Of a DNA stretch of 64,000 nt, positions 20,929 to 34,213 are shown piece after piece (position 1 is the stretch's first letter; each line of letters starts with the position of its first letter). Source of the DNA: an uncultured Rhabdochlamydiaceae bacterium (GTDB taxonomy: Bacteria > Chlamydiota > Chlamydiia > Chlamydiales > Rhabdochlamydiaceae); contig CAVQHD010000001.1 in assembly GCA_963712275.1 (NCBI GenBank), positions 544,001 through 608,000 of the forward strand. Reading direction: 5' to 3'. Position numbers and translations under genes: made by a program. Below the pieces are notes generated by a model. That model saw only the letters and a program-made list of their open reading frames with translations. It made no database searches and was not told where the DNA came from.

Positions 20929-22419
20929 ATGCGAGCCGTTTTAGCCTTTATTTGCTGCTGGACAGCAGCTCTTTGCGCTGTAGAGATCCCTTTAGATGAG
21001 CACCTCATCTCTGCATCTCTCAAAAAAGGGATCGAGGTTTGGTTTAAGGTGCAGACCCCCTCTTCCCACATTGCCTGCCGTTTTGTCAGCCAAGATCCTC
21101 TGATAGGAAGGCCTCATATTTTCGAGCTCGATTGCCCTACAGAGGTTTTTGAAGATGAGCTTCCAAGTTTTTTAGACTATTGTGAAGAGGAAACCCAAAA
21201 ACAAGGGGAAGTGCTTGTAGGATTTGTAACTGTAGGATCGATGAATTTCGAAGGGTTGCAGCTATTTCTCTCGGAGAGGTTAGGTCAAAAAGAGTTCAAA
21301 GAGGAGAGCATCAGTGAAACGATCCAGCTATGCCCTTCCAAAGAGATTTCCCACATGGATCTTGTGCTGAGCTATCCGACGACCTTTCCTGCGCTTCAAA
21401 CAGACCGCGATCTAAAAAAATTATGGATTTTCTACTTGCTTCAAACAATTGTAGAGAGTCGCTTTAAGCAGGCTGCAACAAGTGTCGATGGAGTCTGGAT
21501 TGCTCCTTCTGAGACAAAGTATTTGCTCCCCGCCCTTTCGGTGGTAGGGCATGGAATTGAAAATGTGGAGTCGGGAAGAGAGCTGAGGCTTTTAAAGAGC
21601 TTCCTGGCAGTGATTCAAAACCTGAAAGAACAAGGGTTTTCAGATAGCGAGCTTGCGGCTGCGAAATCAAGGTTACAAAAGCATCTTCAGCGGTTTTACC
21701 GAATCAAACCAGACCATGAAGCCCTTGCTGATTATTACGCCTCCTATTTGGCTGCAGGAATCCCCTGCCCCGATTATTCGGCTTTTATGGCGCTCTCTTT
21801 GCACATGATTCCTGAGATTGAAATGGCCGATGTTTATGAAGTCTTAAAAGAGTCTTTGCTAGATGATACGCGGGAAGTCGCCGTTCGGTTTCCTTCTCAA
21901 ATTTCCTTGACAAAAGAAGAGATTCGAAACACTCTCAACCAGTTTTCAAGCGACCGCTTGGTTCTTCAGCAAGAAGGCAGCAAGGTTGTCTTAGAGGAAG
22001 GGAAAGACCCGTTTTCTCAGCTGATCATCACAGAGGATGAACAGCGGATGATCCGAGCAGTCATTGACACAGTCGCTAAAAAGAGCCCAATTAAGCTCGC
22101 GTTTATCAGAGGCGAACTTGAAGCTAAGAGAAAGCTGCTTTTTCATATCCATCCACTCCGATCGCTTGCCTCTATGTTTTCTGATCCTCGGACGAAAGAA
22201 AACATCGCTGAAATAAGAAGTAGTTTTTTAAAATGGAGAAATTTCATTGGCGATTTTTCAGAACGGATGAAACAAGAGCATGGCCAAAATAACTTAGAAG
22301 TCTATATCCCGGGCTTTTGCCAAGCTGTGAAAGCCAATCCAGATCAAGTTCGAACTTGCATCAATAATCGAGATTGGGAGGGACTTGTCAAATATCTGCT
22401 GCGATTAAATAATTCTTAA
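20929..22419 (+). CDS. Exported hypothetical protein, partly resembling a non-catalytic M16 peptidase domain
   Basis: Signal peptide; LKEQGFSDSELAAAK motif; no HxxEH. Confidence 0.55.
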   Translation: MRAVLAFICCWTAALCAVEIPLDEHLISASLKKGIEVWFKVQTPSSHIACRFVSQDPLIGRPHIFELDCPTEVFEDELPSFLDYCEEETQKQGEVLVGFVTVGSMNFEGLQLFLSERLGQKEFKEESISETIQLCPSKEISHMDLVLSYPTTFPALQTDRDLKKLWIFYLLQTIVESRFKQAATSVDGVWIAPSETKYLLPALSVVGHGIENVESGRELRLLKSFLAVIQNLKEQGFSDSELAAAKSRLQKHLQRFYRIKPDHEALADYYASYLAAGIPCPDYSAFMALSLHMIPEIEMADVYEVLKESLLDDTREVAVRFPSQISLTKEEIRNTLNQFSSDRLVLQQEGSKVVLEEGKDPFSQLIITEDEQRMIRAVIDTVAKKSPIKLAFIRGELEAKRKLLFHIHPLRSLASMFSDPRTKENIAEIRSSFLKWRNFIGDFSERMKQEHGQNNLEVYIPGFCQAVKANPDQVRTCINNRDWEGLVKYLLRLNNS

Positions 22420-22421
22420 TA

Positions 22422-22587
22422 GAGCCAGTTGCAAAACTCGCTTTGGAGGCTAAATTCGATGATTTTGCCGCTGGGTCCTTTTCTCCGCAAATTGACATAC
22501 TCGACTCAGAGTAGGCGATTTGCAGAGAAAAGGAGCCAGTGGCAAAAGCGCGGATTTGGCCCCAAATTGGAGTTTTGCAACTGGCTC
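22422..22587. mobile_element. MITE, 166 bp, 18-bp TIR, AATA duplication (same family as the sufS insertion)
   Basis: aata|GAGCCAGTTGCAAAACTC...GAGTTTTGCAACTGGCTC|aata; near-identical reverse complement of 49484-49650. Confidence 0.9.
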
Positions 22588-22641
22588 AATAGAAATAAAT
22601 AGCCATTTTTGATAAAATGTCTTCCAATAAAGGGAGGGAAA

Positions 22642-24456
22642 ATGGCAACGAATAGCGGTGTGATTAATATCCAGAGGGTGGTGCCTTCATTTACATCTTT
22701 CAATCCTTCAAAAAACACCTCTTTACTTGCAAAAATTAATTGGGTATTTGGAGCCTATCTGACTGCAGCCGTTTCTTACTGTGTGTATAATCTATACAAA
22801 GCTTATCAGCTGAAATGCCATACCTCTTTTGGATTAGACAGCAGACTCAAACTTGCTAAATGCAAGGCGCTGCTTGCCGAAGTTGAAGAGAAGAAGAAAA
22901 AGAGTGAAGATATTCAACCTTTGCTTCAAGAATGTGAAGCTCTGCTAGCTTCAATCACTGGTAAAAAGGATGTCTCTGATAAAAACGAATGTCTGGTAAA
23001 GCTTGCTGAGCATTACGCAAAAGATCATCCAGACAGCTCTTTTAAAATTTCCATGGGGATTACAGACTCTTTTGCGCTCTTCAAAATGGCCCAAGGACTT
23101 CAAAAAGAGCGCCCTGATTCTAATCGTGAGAAACTCGAGTCGCTTTTTACTCGAGCTTTTCAATTACGTATTAAAGAGATCAAGAACCCTCCTCCTAAAT
23201 CCAAATTTTATGTAGGCCATGTGGTGAATTTACTAAAGTTTGCCAAGGCTTTCCATTCCCTTCAAATGGATGGATCAAAAAACGAAGCTTTGGAAAAGGC
23301 CATGAATCTTGCAAAAGCTTTAGAGGGGCCTTTGCTTCAATTGCAAGCCTTTTATCAAATTGCCGAATATTGCCAAGAAATGGGAAATCAAAAAGGAGTA
23401 AATTTTTCTATTGAGGAAATACTCAATCTTAGTCAATCAGGTAAAATCTCAGGCAATGATTTAATCAATGCGCAGATATGTTTGGCTCATGTTTTTTATT
23501 CCGCCGGAGACTACGAAAAGATGAAAGGCAAGCTGGATGAAGTCCTAGAGCCATTTCGAAAAGAGGATGTTATTGAACCGGCAAAAGGCTTTTATGTGCT
23601 GGCAAAGTTACTGAAAAAAATTAAAGAAGACAAAAAAGTAGACGAGAGCCACAGGACCCTTGTAGTAGGAGAGTTTATCGAGAGAGCTCTGATAAAACTC
23701 CCTACCCTCTCGGATTGTCTAGCAACTGTTCGAATTAATGCTTACTTAAATATCGCAGACGGGTGTAAAGATCTCGGCGACCAGGAGAAGATGAAGGAGG
23801 CGAGAAACGCTGCTTTTACAGAGATTCAAGCTTTACCAGAAGGCACAAAGGAAGAGCGCGAGTCTAAAATAGATTTACTTGCCTTAGTCATGCACATTTA
23901 TAAAGAAACGCCGAGCGAAGCGCTGCCAGTCATAAAAGTGTTGGAAGGATTATATGATCAATGTCCGTCTGATGACACTGCTGCCTTTTGCAATAAACAT
24001 GGGATTGGAAGAAGCATTATTGAATTCTATCATGAAACGGGCCTAATAGACGAGGGAGGAGTATTTTTTAAACAATATCTTTCGGATATGGAAAATAAAG
24101 AGAAAGAACCGTTTAATAAGCTCAATAAATTGGCTCACCTTGCGAAGTATTTCAATTATATTAACCCTCGGGGCAGCCCTGAACAGATCAAAGCTTTGCT
24201 TGAAGCCGCAGAAAAATGGGCCCCTAAAATTCCCTCACTCCATGATGCCCGTGCTACTTCGCTCTTAGCCGAAGGGTATTTGGGAGTGGATCGGCAAAAA
24301 AGCCTTCGACTTCTTGAGGAGTATCAAGATCGGCAAGCAATGAGATGTGTTGTGGTTGCATCTGCAGTTGCCATTTTCGTAGGAGTAGGCCATTTTTATC
24401 CTACTGTTGGCATTATTCTTGGGTTTGGGTTCAAGGCAGTACAGCTCTTCGCGTAA
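22642..24456 (+). CDS. Alpha-helical repeat (TPR-like) hypothetical protein with terminal hydrophobic segments
   Basis: Helical A/L/K/E repeats; hydrophobic stretches at both ends; GGAGGG RBS. Confidence 0.55.
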   Translation: MATNSGVINIQRVVPSFTSFNPSKNTSLLAKINWVFGAYLTAAVSYCVYNLYKAYQLKCHTSFGLDSRLKLAKCKALLAEVEEKKKKSEDIQPLLQECEALLASITGKKDVSDKNECLVKLAEHYAKDHPDSSFKISMGITDSFALFKMAQGLQKERPDSNREKLESLFTRAFQLRIKEIKNPPPKSKFYVGHVVNLLKFAKAFHSLQMDGSKNEALEKAMNLAKALEGPLLQLQAFYQIAEYCQEMGNQKGVNFSIEEILNLSQSGKISGNDLINAQICLAHVFYSAGDYEKMKGKLDEVLEPFRKEDVIEPAKGFYVLAKLLKKIKEDKKVDESHRTLVVGEFIERALIKLPTLSDCLATVRINAYLNIADGCKDLGDQEKMKEARNAAFTEIQALPEGTKEERESKIDLLALVMHIYKETPSEALPVIKVLEGLYDQCPSDDTAAFCNKHGIGRSIIEFYHETGLIDEGGVFFKQYLSDMENKEKEPFNKLNKLAHLAKYFNYINPRGSPEQIKALLEAAEKWAPKIPSLHDARATSLLAEGYLGVDRQKSLRLLEEYQDRQAMRCVVVASAVAIFVGVGHFYPTVGIILGFGFKAVQLFA

Positions 24457-24500
24457 ACAACGCTTGACGACAAACGGCTGTGCTTTTATCTCAAGGTAAA

Positions 24501-24557
24501 GAGGGAGCTCGCAAAATTCGCTCTGGAGGCCAAAGCCGCGCTTTTGAAAGCTTCCTC
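24501..24557. repeat. Short degenerate inverted-repeat element related to the 22422/49484 family
   Basis: GAGGGAGCTCGCAAAA...TTTTGAAAGCTTCCTC; interior TTCGCTCTGGAGGCCAAAGCCGCGCTTTTG resembles the family arms. Confidence 0.5.
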
Positions 24558-24567
24558 AAAAGGCCTT

Positions 24568-26432
24568 ATGCATCGTCGCCACCGCTTGAATTATTTCTAT
24601 TTCGGCGCTCTGTTTGTTGTGCTGGCGCTTGTGCATATCTCTCATATTCTTTTAGTTGAGCAGGGAACTCTGCTAAACCGCTCTTTTTACATGGTCTATG
24701 CAGTTGGACAATGCCTCTTTGAGCTGGGGGCTTTGATTTTAATCGGGGCGTGGGTTGCTGAAAAATTTCCTGCTATTTTTAAGACGGTATTTACGATTGG
24801 CACGTTTGTGTTAATGCTTTTGCATCTGATTGATTTTCCCCTTGTGCGTATCATGGATATGTCGATCTGGTATGCGGTTGATATTGTCTTGGCTGAGAGT
24901 CTCGAGAATTTTATTGAAATGCTCAAAGCGAGCAATATTACCCTTGCTTCGTGGCTCTTATTCGGTATGTTTGTCGCTCTACTCGTTGTCACCGGCGTGC
25001 TCTTTTTCCGAGTCACGGATAAGCTTTCTGCACGTAAACCTCTTCATTTCTCCTATGGAACGGTTGCCCTTTTTTTACTTAGCGTAGTGGGATTTTTAAC
25101 ACTCTTTGATTATCAAACGGCTCGACTTGCAGCGGTTCCAGATGACGGAAAATTCTTAAAGGCGCTTCCATGGAAAACCACGCTCTTCATCTCTTCCTAT
25201 CCTACAAGAGAGCTTAAAGGTCCCATCGCCTCAAAACCGTCAGCGGCCTATTTTAAGGAGAAAATAGATGCTCTACATCTAGCGCCTTGCCGCAAACCGA
25301 ATATCTATCTCTTTGTCGTTGAAAGCTTAAGAGAAGATTTTCTCTCATTAGAAAACGCTCCGACGATCACAGCCTTTCGTGAGGAAAATCTTTCGTTTCC
25401 TTGCGCGGTCTCTTCGGCTAATGCAACTCAATCTTCGTGGTTTTCAATATTCCATAGTGTTTACCCCTTTGCATGGGGCGATCGGCAGCCTTGTCATTGG
25501 GAGCTGGGGAGTCTCCCTCTCCAACTGTTTAAAAAAGCGGGATATCAAATCCATGTCCTCTCAGCTTCTCGCTTTAATTACTACCAAATGGATAAAATTT
25601 TATTCGGGAAAGATCGATCTATCATTGATGATTACCGGGTTTTTGCAGATCAAGAAGGGCTACAGGTGCATGAATACGACACGCAGTGCATCGATGCACT
25701 TCTATACGAGATGAAAACCACAGAGGAAGGGCACCTTTTTCTTGTGTTTCTCGAAGGAACCCATTTTGATTATAGCTGGCCGGCGCACCTCTCGCTTCCT
25801 CTGATGCCGCTATCCGATGGAATTGACTATTTTCGAATCACTTATTCAAAAACAGGGTTGGAAGGGATCAAAAATAGATACCGGCATGCGATTTACCACA
25901 TCGACCACCAATTTAATCGATTCCTTCAAGGGCTTAAGAGCCATCCGCAAGAAAAAGAAGCTGTTGTTGTCTTAACAAGCGATCATGGAGAAGAATTTTA
26001 TGAGGAAGGACGTCTTTTCCACGCCTCTAATTTAAACTCTGTTCAAACCCGTATCCCGCTTTATTATCAACTAGGTATCAGTTCGCCTGCGGTTGGACTC
26101 ACATCTCATGTCGATATTTTTCCAACGCTGATCGATCATGTCTTTGGAGAGATTGGGGTCGCCGATTGGTTTGATGGAGAATCGCTTTTACGGCCGCGTC
26201 AAAAACATTTTGCGATCTCGGCTCGGTACAATGCAAGCCGGACCCCTTACGAGTTTTTAATCACCACCGATCGGGAAGAACTCCTCGCTCGGTTTGAAAA
26301 CCGTTCTAACATCAGTTGTTCGAAAGCGCTTCAGATCATTCATCGAAAAGATCGGCAGGGGACTGTTTTAACTACGTCAGCAGATGAAATAGAGAGCATC
26401 TATCAGCCGATCTTCGATCAACTGTTCCCGCG

Positions 26433-26448
<16 letters not shown>
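24568..26448 (+). CDS. Membrane-anchored sulfatase-like hydrolase/transferase (YejM/LTA synthase-like)
   Basis: About five N-terminal TMs; PNIYLFVVESLR, TSDHGEEF, TSHVDIFPTL. Confidence 0.8.
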
Positions 26449-29101
<2,653 letters not shown>

Positions 29102-29109
29102 GTCTTCCT

Positions 29110-29922
29110 ATGATTGCACAATCACGATTCAGGAGCAAGCGGTTCGGGATCCCTTTTTTTCTGCTATTTCTCCTTTGGGGATGGCATTGGTGTTACCACA
29201 ACAAAACCATCGGATTCTCAGTTGCAAAAATCAGTTCCGACTTTTCCTACCACCCGGAGTGGGACTCTAATGAACTAACCCAAGACAAGCTAGATGAAAT
29301 CTTTTCTCAGCCGTTTCATTACTTGGGAACGGGATCCCAGACATATGCATTTGTAGGTGAAGATGGAAAAACAGTGATCAAATTTTTTCGTATGAAGCAC
29401 CGTCTTTTTTATCTAAGGGATCTTTGGGCTCCCCATCGATCAGATGCAAGGAGAGAAAATCTCTACTCTATTTTTCAGGCCCACCAGCTTGCCTATCAAG
29501 AGATGAAGGAAGATGCAGGCTTAATTTATTTACACCTGAATAAAACCCATCATCTCAAGAAAAAAATTAAAATTGTCGACCGTCTTCATAGGACCCACCT
29601 GATTGACCTGGATGGAGTTGAATTTGTTCTCCAAAAAAAGGCCGAGCTCATCTTCTCTCGATTTAAAACCCTTCTTGAGAGAAATGATCGAGATGCCCTC
29701 AATGACGCGATTTCTCAAGTGATGCAGCTTGTTGAGAGGCGCATGCAAAAAGGAATTGCCGACCATGATAAAGCAGTCTCTCATAATTTTGGGTTTATAG
29801 GGGACCGGGCGGTGCAAATTGATATTGGAAGGATTTACTATGGTGAAAAACCAAAAGATCGACAACGGATTTTAGACCGGATTGAACGATGGCTCGAAAA
29901 ACAGCATACCCAAACAACTTGA
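29110..29922 (+). CDS. Membrane-anchored protein with atypical kinase-like motifs
   Basis: N-terminal TM; LGTGSQTYAF, VIKFF, DHD..NFG, IDIG. Confidence 0.55.
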   Translation: MIAQSRFRSKRFGIPFFLLFLLWGWHWCYHNKTIGFSVAKISSDFSYHPEWDSNELTQDKLDEIFSQPFHYLGTGSQTYAFVGEDGKTVIKFFRMKHRLFYLRDLWAPHRSDARRENLYSIFQAHQLAYQEMKEDAGLIYLHLNKTHHLKKKIKIVDRLHRTHLIDLDGVEFVLQKKAELIFSRFKTLLERNDRDALNDAISQVMQLVERRMQKGIADHDKAVSHNFGFIGDRAVQIDIGRIYYGEKPKDRQRILDRIERWLEKQHTQTT

Positions 29923-29960
29923 AAAATTGGGAATTTGACAAGAATGATGAGGTAAAGCCG

Positions 29961-30806
29961 ATGCCGTCAAAAACCAATTTTTCAAATTGTTTGGGTATAC
30001 TTATCCTCCTATTCATCTTAAGCTGCGGAGCTTACTTTTTCTTTGATCGTGCAACCGATAAAAACGGCTTCTCGATCAAGGGGATCTCCTCCTCGCTCCC
30101 TTCCCATCCCGAGTGGTCTACTCCTCCCCCCTCCCCTCAAGAAGAGGCATTTCTTAAATCCATTTTATCTCAAAAATTCACCTTTTTAGCAGAAGGGTGT
30201 CAAGCGATTGCCTTTCAAAGCGAAGACCAGCGGTATGTCTTAAAGGTTTTTAAAATGCACCGTTTGGCACCTTCTCTCATGGACTACCTCTGTCCTCACG
30301 CCATGCGGCGGCGGCTCAGAAACCTACGGTGGGTTTTTAATGGCCATAAGCAGGCCTATGAAGGTTTTAGAAAAGAGACAGGACTTGTTTGGATCCATCT
30401 TGCAAAAACGGAAGGCTTTCATCATACCACCACGCTCGTTGATCAAAGAGGGAAAGAACATCCATTAGATATCGATGGGGCAGAATTTGTCATACAAGAA
30501 AAGGCTGAGCTGCTATTTGATCGTTTAAAGCGGCTTTACAATGAAGGAAAACACAAAGAAGCTGAAAAGGTGATTGCATCGATGCTTCAATTTATTCGAA
30601 CCCGGGAAAGTCAAGGGTATGCAGATCGGGATAAGGCCGTCGGGGGTAACTACGGATTTGTCGGAGACCGCCCCATTCAGCTAGACCTCGGCCGCTTCCA
30701 CAAAATCGGCTTCCGCCGCTCTCACAGAGAGGGTAAAGAAAGGCAGGTCGAGCGGTTCAAGGCCCGCATCGAGAGGTGGAAAGCCGAGACGATGGATTCT
30801 CAATGA
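29961..30806 (+). CDS. Paralog of 29110-29922, kinase-like
   Basis: N-terminal TM; LAEGCQAIAF, VLKVF, DRD..NYG, LDLG. Confidence 0.55.
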   Translation: MPSKTNFSNCLGILILLFILSCGAYFFFDRATDKNGFSIKGISSSLPSHPEWSTPPPSPQEEAFLKSILSQKFTFLAEGCQAIAFQSEDQRYVLKVFKMHRLAPSLMDYLCPHAMRRRLRNLRWVFNGHKQAYEGFRKETGLVWIHLAKTEGFHHTTTLVDQRGKEHPLDIDGAEFVIQEKAELLFDRLKRLYNEGKHKEAEKVIASMLQFIRTRESQGYADRDKAVGGNYGFVGDRPIQLDLGRFHKIGFRRSHREGKERQVERFKARIERWKAETMDSQ

Positions 30807-30817
30807 GAAGTATCTCT

Positions 30818-32926
30818 TTAACCTAGGACTTTAAACTCACCTTGCCGAACTTGATCAGGAATGGGTTTGGTTTCGACAACACGTTGCAAGACCTCAAGGG
30901 CATGTTTAATAAACATAGCGCGACTGTCGATAATCGGTTGCTCTTTGACAATAAAAGGAGCAGCAATAATATTAACCATGATGTTTTGAAGAGATTCAGC
31001 AGTTGAATCCTTTAATTTGCCTGTTAGGTAGAGGTAGTGAAGTATTAGGATGGCTTTGAAGGCTCCGCCTCGGTCAATATCGTCTTTGCAATGCGCTTCT
31101 AAAATAGAGATGTCGAGTATGTCAAGAAGAGAAAGGGTCATGTGAGCGTAGGTAAAAAGAATAAAAGCTTGATATTCTCCTAATGATTTAAGAATAAGAT
31201 GATCCTTGAAATAAAGCTCATGAACTTCCTCCATGATTTCAGAGAAATGCTTCGGAGTAAACTTTTGGCGAGTTCTAACAGACATACCAAATCCTGTAAT
31301 CTCGAGTTTCCCAAACAGGTTTTCGGAAAAAGTGGACTTGACGATTCTTATTGGCTCAGATTGATAATTTTTGGGATGGAAAAATTTTCCGTCCAGGCGA
31401 AGGGCGATTGGGAAGAAGTTGGTGCGTTCTTTTGCTAACTCAAGACGGGCTTGGACTCTTGCGCTCTCATCACCCACCACTTTAAGATCTCCATCTTCAA
31501 AAATGAGGTGAAGAATATTTTGTTTCTTGGCTAGGGCAGTGTCAATAAAGACCTGATAATCGGGGTTGATGGGGGGAATGCTGTTACCTGCCCATCCTTG
31601 GAATGCTCGAAAAGCAAATGCGATACCTTCAGTCTGCTCAACTGGAACCCCATGTCGTAGAATCGTTACAACGCGATTGAGTTCACAAAACTGTCCATAA
31701 ATGTAAGGAATATTACTTCCTGAAAGGGGATCAAAACCGATATTGGCAAAACCCCTTGCTTTTGTGCTTACTCGTTTGAATGAAGAATAGTATGACTCAG
31801 TTTCCATTTTTTTCTTGATCACAGCATTTCTGGCTTGGAGTTCCTCCCAGAAATTTTCAAGAGAAAGAGATTTAAAAGGTCCAGATACACTTGTAACAAG
31901 TTCTTCACAATATCTATATAGTCGCAATCCAGCAAAACGTACATAGCACAGGTGTGCAACCCAGGTAATACATGGATGTGCGACCCAGGTAATACATGGA
32001 CCTTGAGTGTTATTTTTAAAAAGCTCGCACCCTTTTCGAAGGGCTACCACAAAGTTGTAGTAGTGCTGTTCAGCATTCGTGGGCTCTGTTTGGATAAGTG
32101 TATAGAGCTCTTGACATTGATGTTTGAGAGGGGAGTTGTTTTGACGCAGAACGTTTTCGTAGGAAGTGATCCAATCCTGTTTTTTCAGAAGAATTCGCAT
32201 GTGGAGAAAGAAAGATCGGTATTTGTACGCTTGTAGCTCGGCTGGCGTTTTTTCTACTGCCACCCAACTGCTTTCCAGAAGATTTTCTGTAGAGCTTTGA
32301 GCAAGAGAAGGTGTGTTGGAACTTCTCTGGCTTAGAAGCATAGATCCACTCAGCCAGCCCTCCTCCGTGGATGCATCATTTGGATCAACCGCTTCAACCC
32401 AGCCGTCCGTCTCTGACGGGTTTTCTTTATTGTCAGGAGCTGAAACTATCGTGGGTTGTTCTGTGGGTTTTGGCGGCGGCGTAGATGCACCAGTCCCTGA
32501 AGTTATTACTTCTCTCAACTCTTCTTGTTCTGAAGAACTCTCATCGTCTGTTGTGTGTGTTGAGCTGGAATCATGTGAAATTGGCTTGGGCCGAAGAGAA
32601 TAGTTAGAGCTGAAGGCGGTTAGGAAAAGGAAAAGGGTCATTCCGGCTGTAAAATAAAGGCTATTGCCGGCATTGGAAAGATCTTTACTGCATGAATTTA
32701 TAAAATTGTTAAAATTAAGTGTACCAATTGCAACAACCAAACGGCCAGCAGGGGTGAGAAGATAGAGAGGAATGTTTACTGCTGAACAGAAGATTGCGCG
32801 CGAGGCGTCAATGTAACGGAAAAAGAGGTGGTGGTCGACACCATCACTTGAGGCCTGGGTAAAATAATGCTTTACACTTTCAGACTCGGTGGGGATGGAT
32901 GTATTTAATTTTTGAATAAAAGTCAT
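30818..32926 (-). CDS. Effector-like protein with C-terminal CX5R phosphatase motif
   Basis: HCKDDIDRGG; N-terminal hydrophobic segments; S/T/E/P-rich linker. Confidence 0.55.
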   Translation of the reverse strand: MTFIQKLNTSIPTESESVKHYFTQASSDGVDHHLFFRYIDASRAIFCSAVNIPLYLLTPAGRLVVAIGTLNFNNFINSCSKDLSNAGNSLYFTAGMTLFLFLTAFSSNYSLRPKPISHDSSSTHTTDDESSSEQEELREVITSGTGASTPPPKPTEQPTIVSAPDNKENPSETDGWVEAVDPNDASTEEGWLSGSMLLSQRSSNTPSLAQSSTENLLESSWVAVEKTPAELQAYKYRSFFLHMRILLKKQDWITSYENVLRQNNSPLKHQCQELYTLIQTEPTNAEQHYYNFVVALRKGCELFKNNTQGPCITWVAHPCITWVAHLCYVRFAGLRLYRYCEELVTSVSGPFKSLSLENFWEELQARNAVIKKKMETESYYSSFKRVSTKARGFANIGFDPLSGSNIPYIYGQFCELNRVVTILRHGVPVEQTEGIAFAFRAFQGWAGNSIPPINPDYQVFIDTALAKKQNILHLIFEDGDLKVVGDESARVQARLELAKERTNFFPIALRLDGKFFHPKNYQSEPIRIVKSTFSENLFGKLEITGFGMSVRTRQKFTPKHFSEIMEEVHELYFKDHLILKSLGEYQAFILFTYAHMTLSLLDILDISILEAHCKDDIDRGGAFKAILILHYLYLTGKLKDSTAESLQNIMVNIIAAPFIVKEQPIIDSRAMFIKHALEVLQRVVETKPIPDQVRQGEFKVLG
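31953..32000. repeat. 24-bp in-frame tandem duplication
   Basis: TGTGC(A/G)ACCCAGGTAATACATGGA x2, encoding PCITWVAH twice. Confidence 0.9.
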
Positions 32927-32980
32927 AAAAATCTACAATTTTTGTTTAATCGAGCTATTATTATAAGCGAAATTATAGAT

Positions 32981-34213
32981 TTATTCCCAGAGGGAAGATT
33001 TTTTTAATTGGGCGATCACTTGATCTTTTGTTTCAAGCCCTTGATTCACAGAAGTTTTTTCAGCTTCTTTGAGTAAAAGCCCCATCTGTTTTCCAGGCTC
33101 GATCCCTTCGGCTAGAAGGTCTGCGGCTTGAACAAGCGGCTTGCCCGTCTGAATTCTAAGAATTGCTTTCTTAAGCGTTTGTCGATAGTGGTGGTTTTCA
33201 GTTAAAAATTTATCTTTATCTTTTAAATGAGCGGCAAGGATATTGAGAACCAGCTCCGATTGAGGGTGGGCATAGAAGTAGGCCCACTCAATCGGCTCTA
33301 ATTGATCTTTCCAAGGGGTTGGAAGGTTGATCAGATGTTTGGCGCGAAGGTAAAACTGAACAAAAGCTCGATCGGCTTTGGAGAGCTTGAGGTTGTCGCA
33401 AAGATCAAGCGCCTTTCCAAGTGAAATCTGAGGAAAAAGCTCGAGAAGTTGGGCAATCGTTGGGGTCTCTTTTGGTAGCTCGGGGAGTACTTTGACGCGG
33501 CTTTGAATCTCTTGAGTGGAGACATCTTTGAGCTCAGGGAAGATGGGTTGGAGCAAGGTTAACTGATGCAGTGTGATAAGTCCTGTATCAAAGTGGGCAA
33601 ATTGGGACATTTTCTTAAACTCTTGCCAGACCCTTTCCATGGCTACAGCGGGGACTAAGGTGGAAGCAAGCTGAAGAATTGCTTGAGAAGTACTCGTCTC
33701 AATAGGAAACCCGAAACGGGTTGAATAACGCACAGCCCGCATCATTCGAAGTCTATCTTCCTTGAAGCGGCAAATGGGATTGCCGATGGCTCGGATGATT
33801 CCTTTTTGAATATCATTCACCCCTCCCACATAGTCATAAATTTTGTCGTGAAGGGGATCGTAGAAAAGGCCGTTGATTGTAAAATCTCTTCGCTGGGCGT
33901 CTTCCTCAGGAGGCGCGGGATCAATGCCGGTGGGACGGCGGCCATCGACATAGCCACGGTCTTTGCGAAAGGTGGCCACTTCAAACTGATGAGAGCCCAT
34001 CACGACGATCACAATGCCAAAAGCGACTCCAACGGGAATGGTTTTAGCAAACAGCCTTTGAATCTCTTCAACACTTGCCGATGTTGCAATATCGATATCG
34101 TCGGAAGGGTGCTTCATCAGATAGTCGCGAACCCACCCACCTGCAAAGTAGGCGATGTAGCCGGCTTGATCTAAAGTTTTAACAACGTGAAGAGCTGCCT
34201 CTTGGTGATTCAT
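32981..34213 (-). CDS. cca: CCA tRNA nucleotidyltransferase / poly(A) polymerase family
   Basis: AGGWVRD, DIDIAT, EVATFR, RRDFTING, EDRLRMMRAVR. Confidence 0.85.
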   Translation of the reverse strand: MNHQEAALHVVKTLDQAGYIAYFAGGWVRDYLMKHPSDDIDIATSASVEEIQRLFAKTIPVGVAFGIVIVVMGSHQFEVATFRKDRGYVDGRRPTGIDPAPPEEDAQRRDFTINGLFYDPLHDKIYDYVGGVNDIQKGIIRAIGNPICRFKEDRLRMMRAVRYSTRFGFPIETSTSQAILQLASTLVPAVAMERVWQEFKKMSQFAHFDTGLITLHQLTLLQPIFPELKDVSTQEIQSRVKVLPELPKETPTIAQLLELFPQISLGKALDLCDNLKLSKADRAFVQFYLRAKHLINLPTPWKDQLEPIEWAYFYAHPQSELVLNILAAHLKDKDKFLTENHHYRQTLKKAILRIQTGKPLVQAADLLAEGIEPGKQMGLLLKEAEKTSVNQGLETKDQVIAQLKKSSLWE

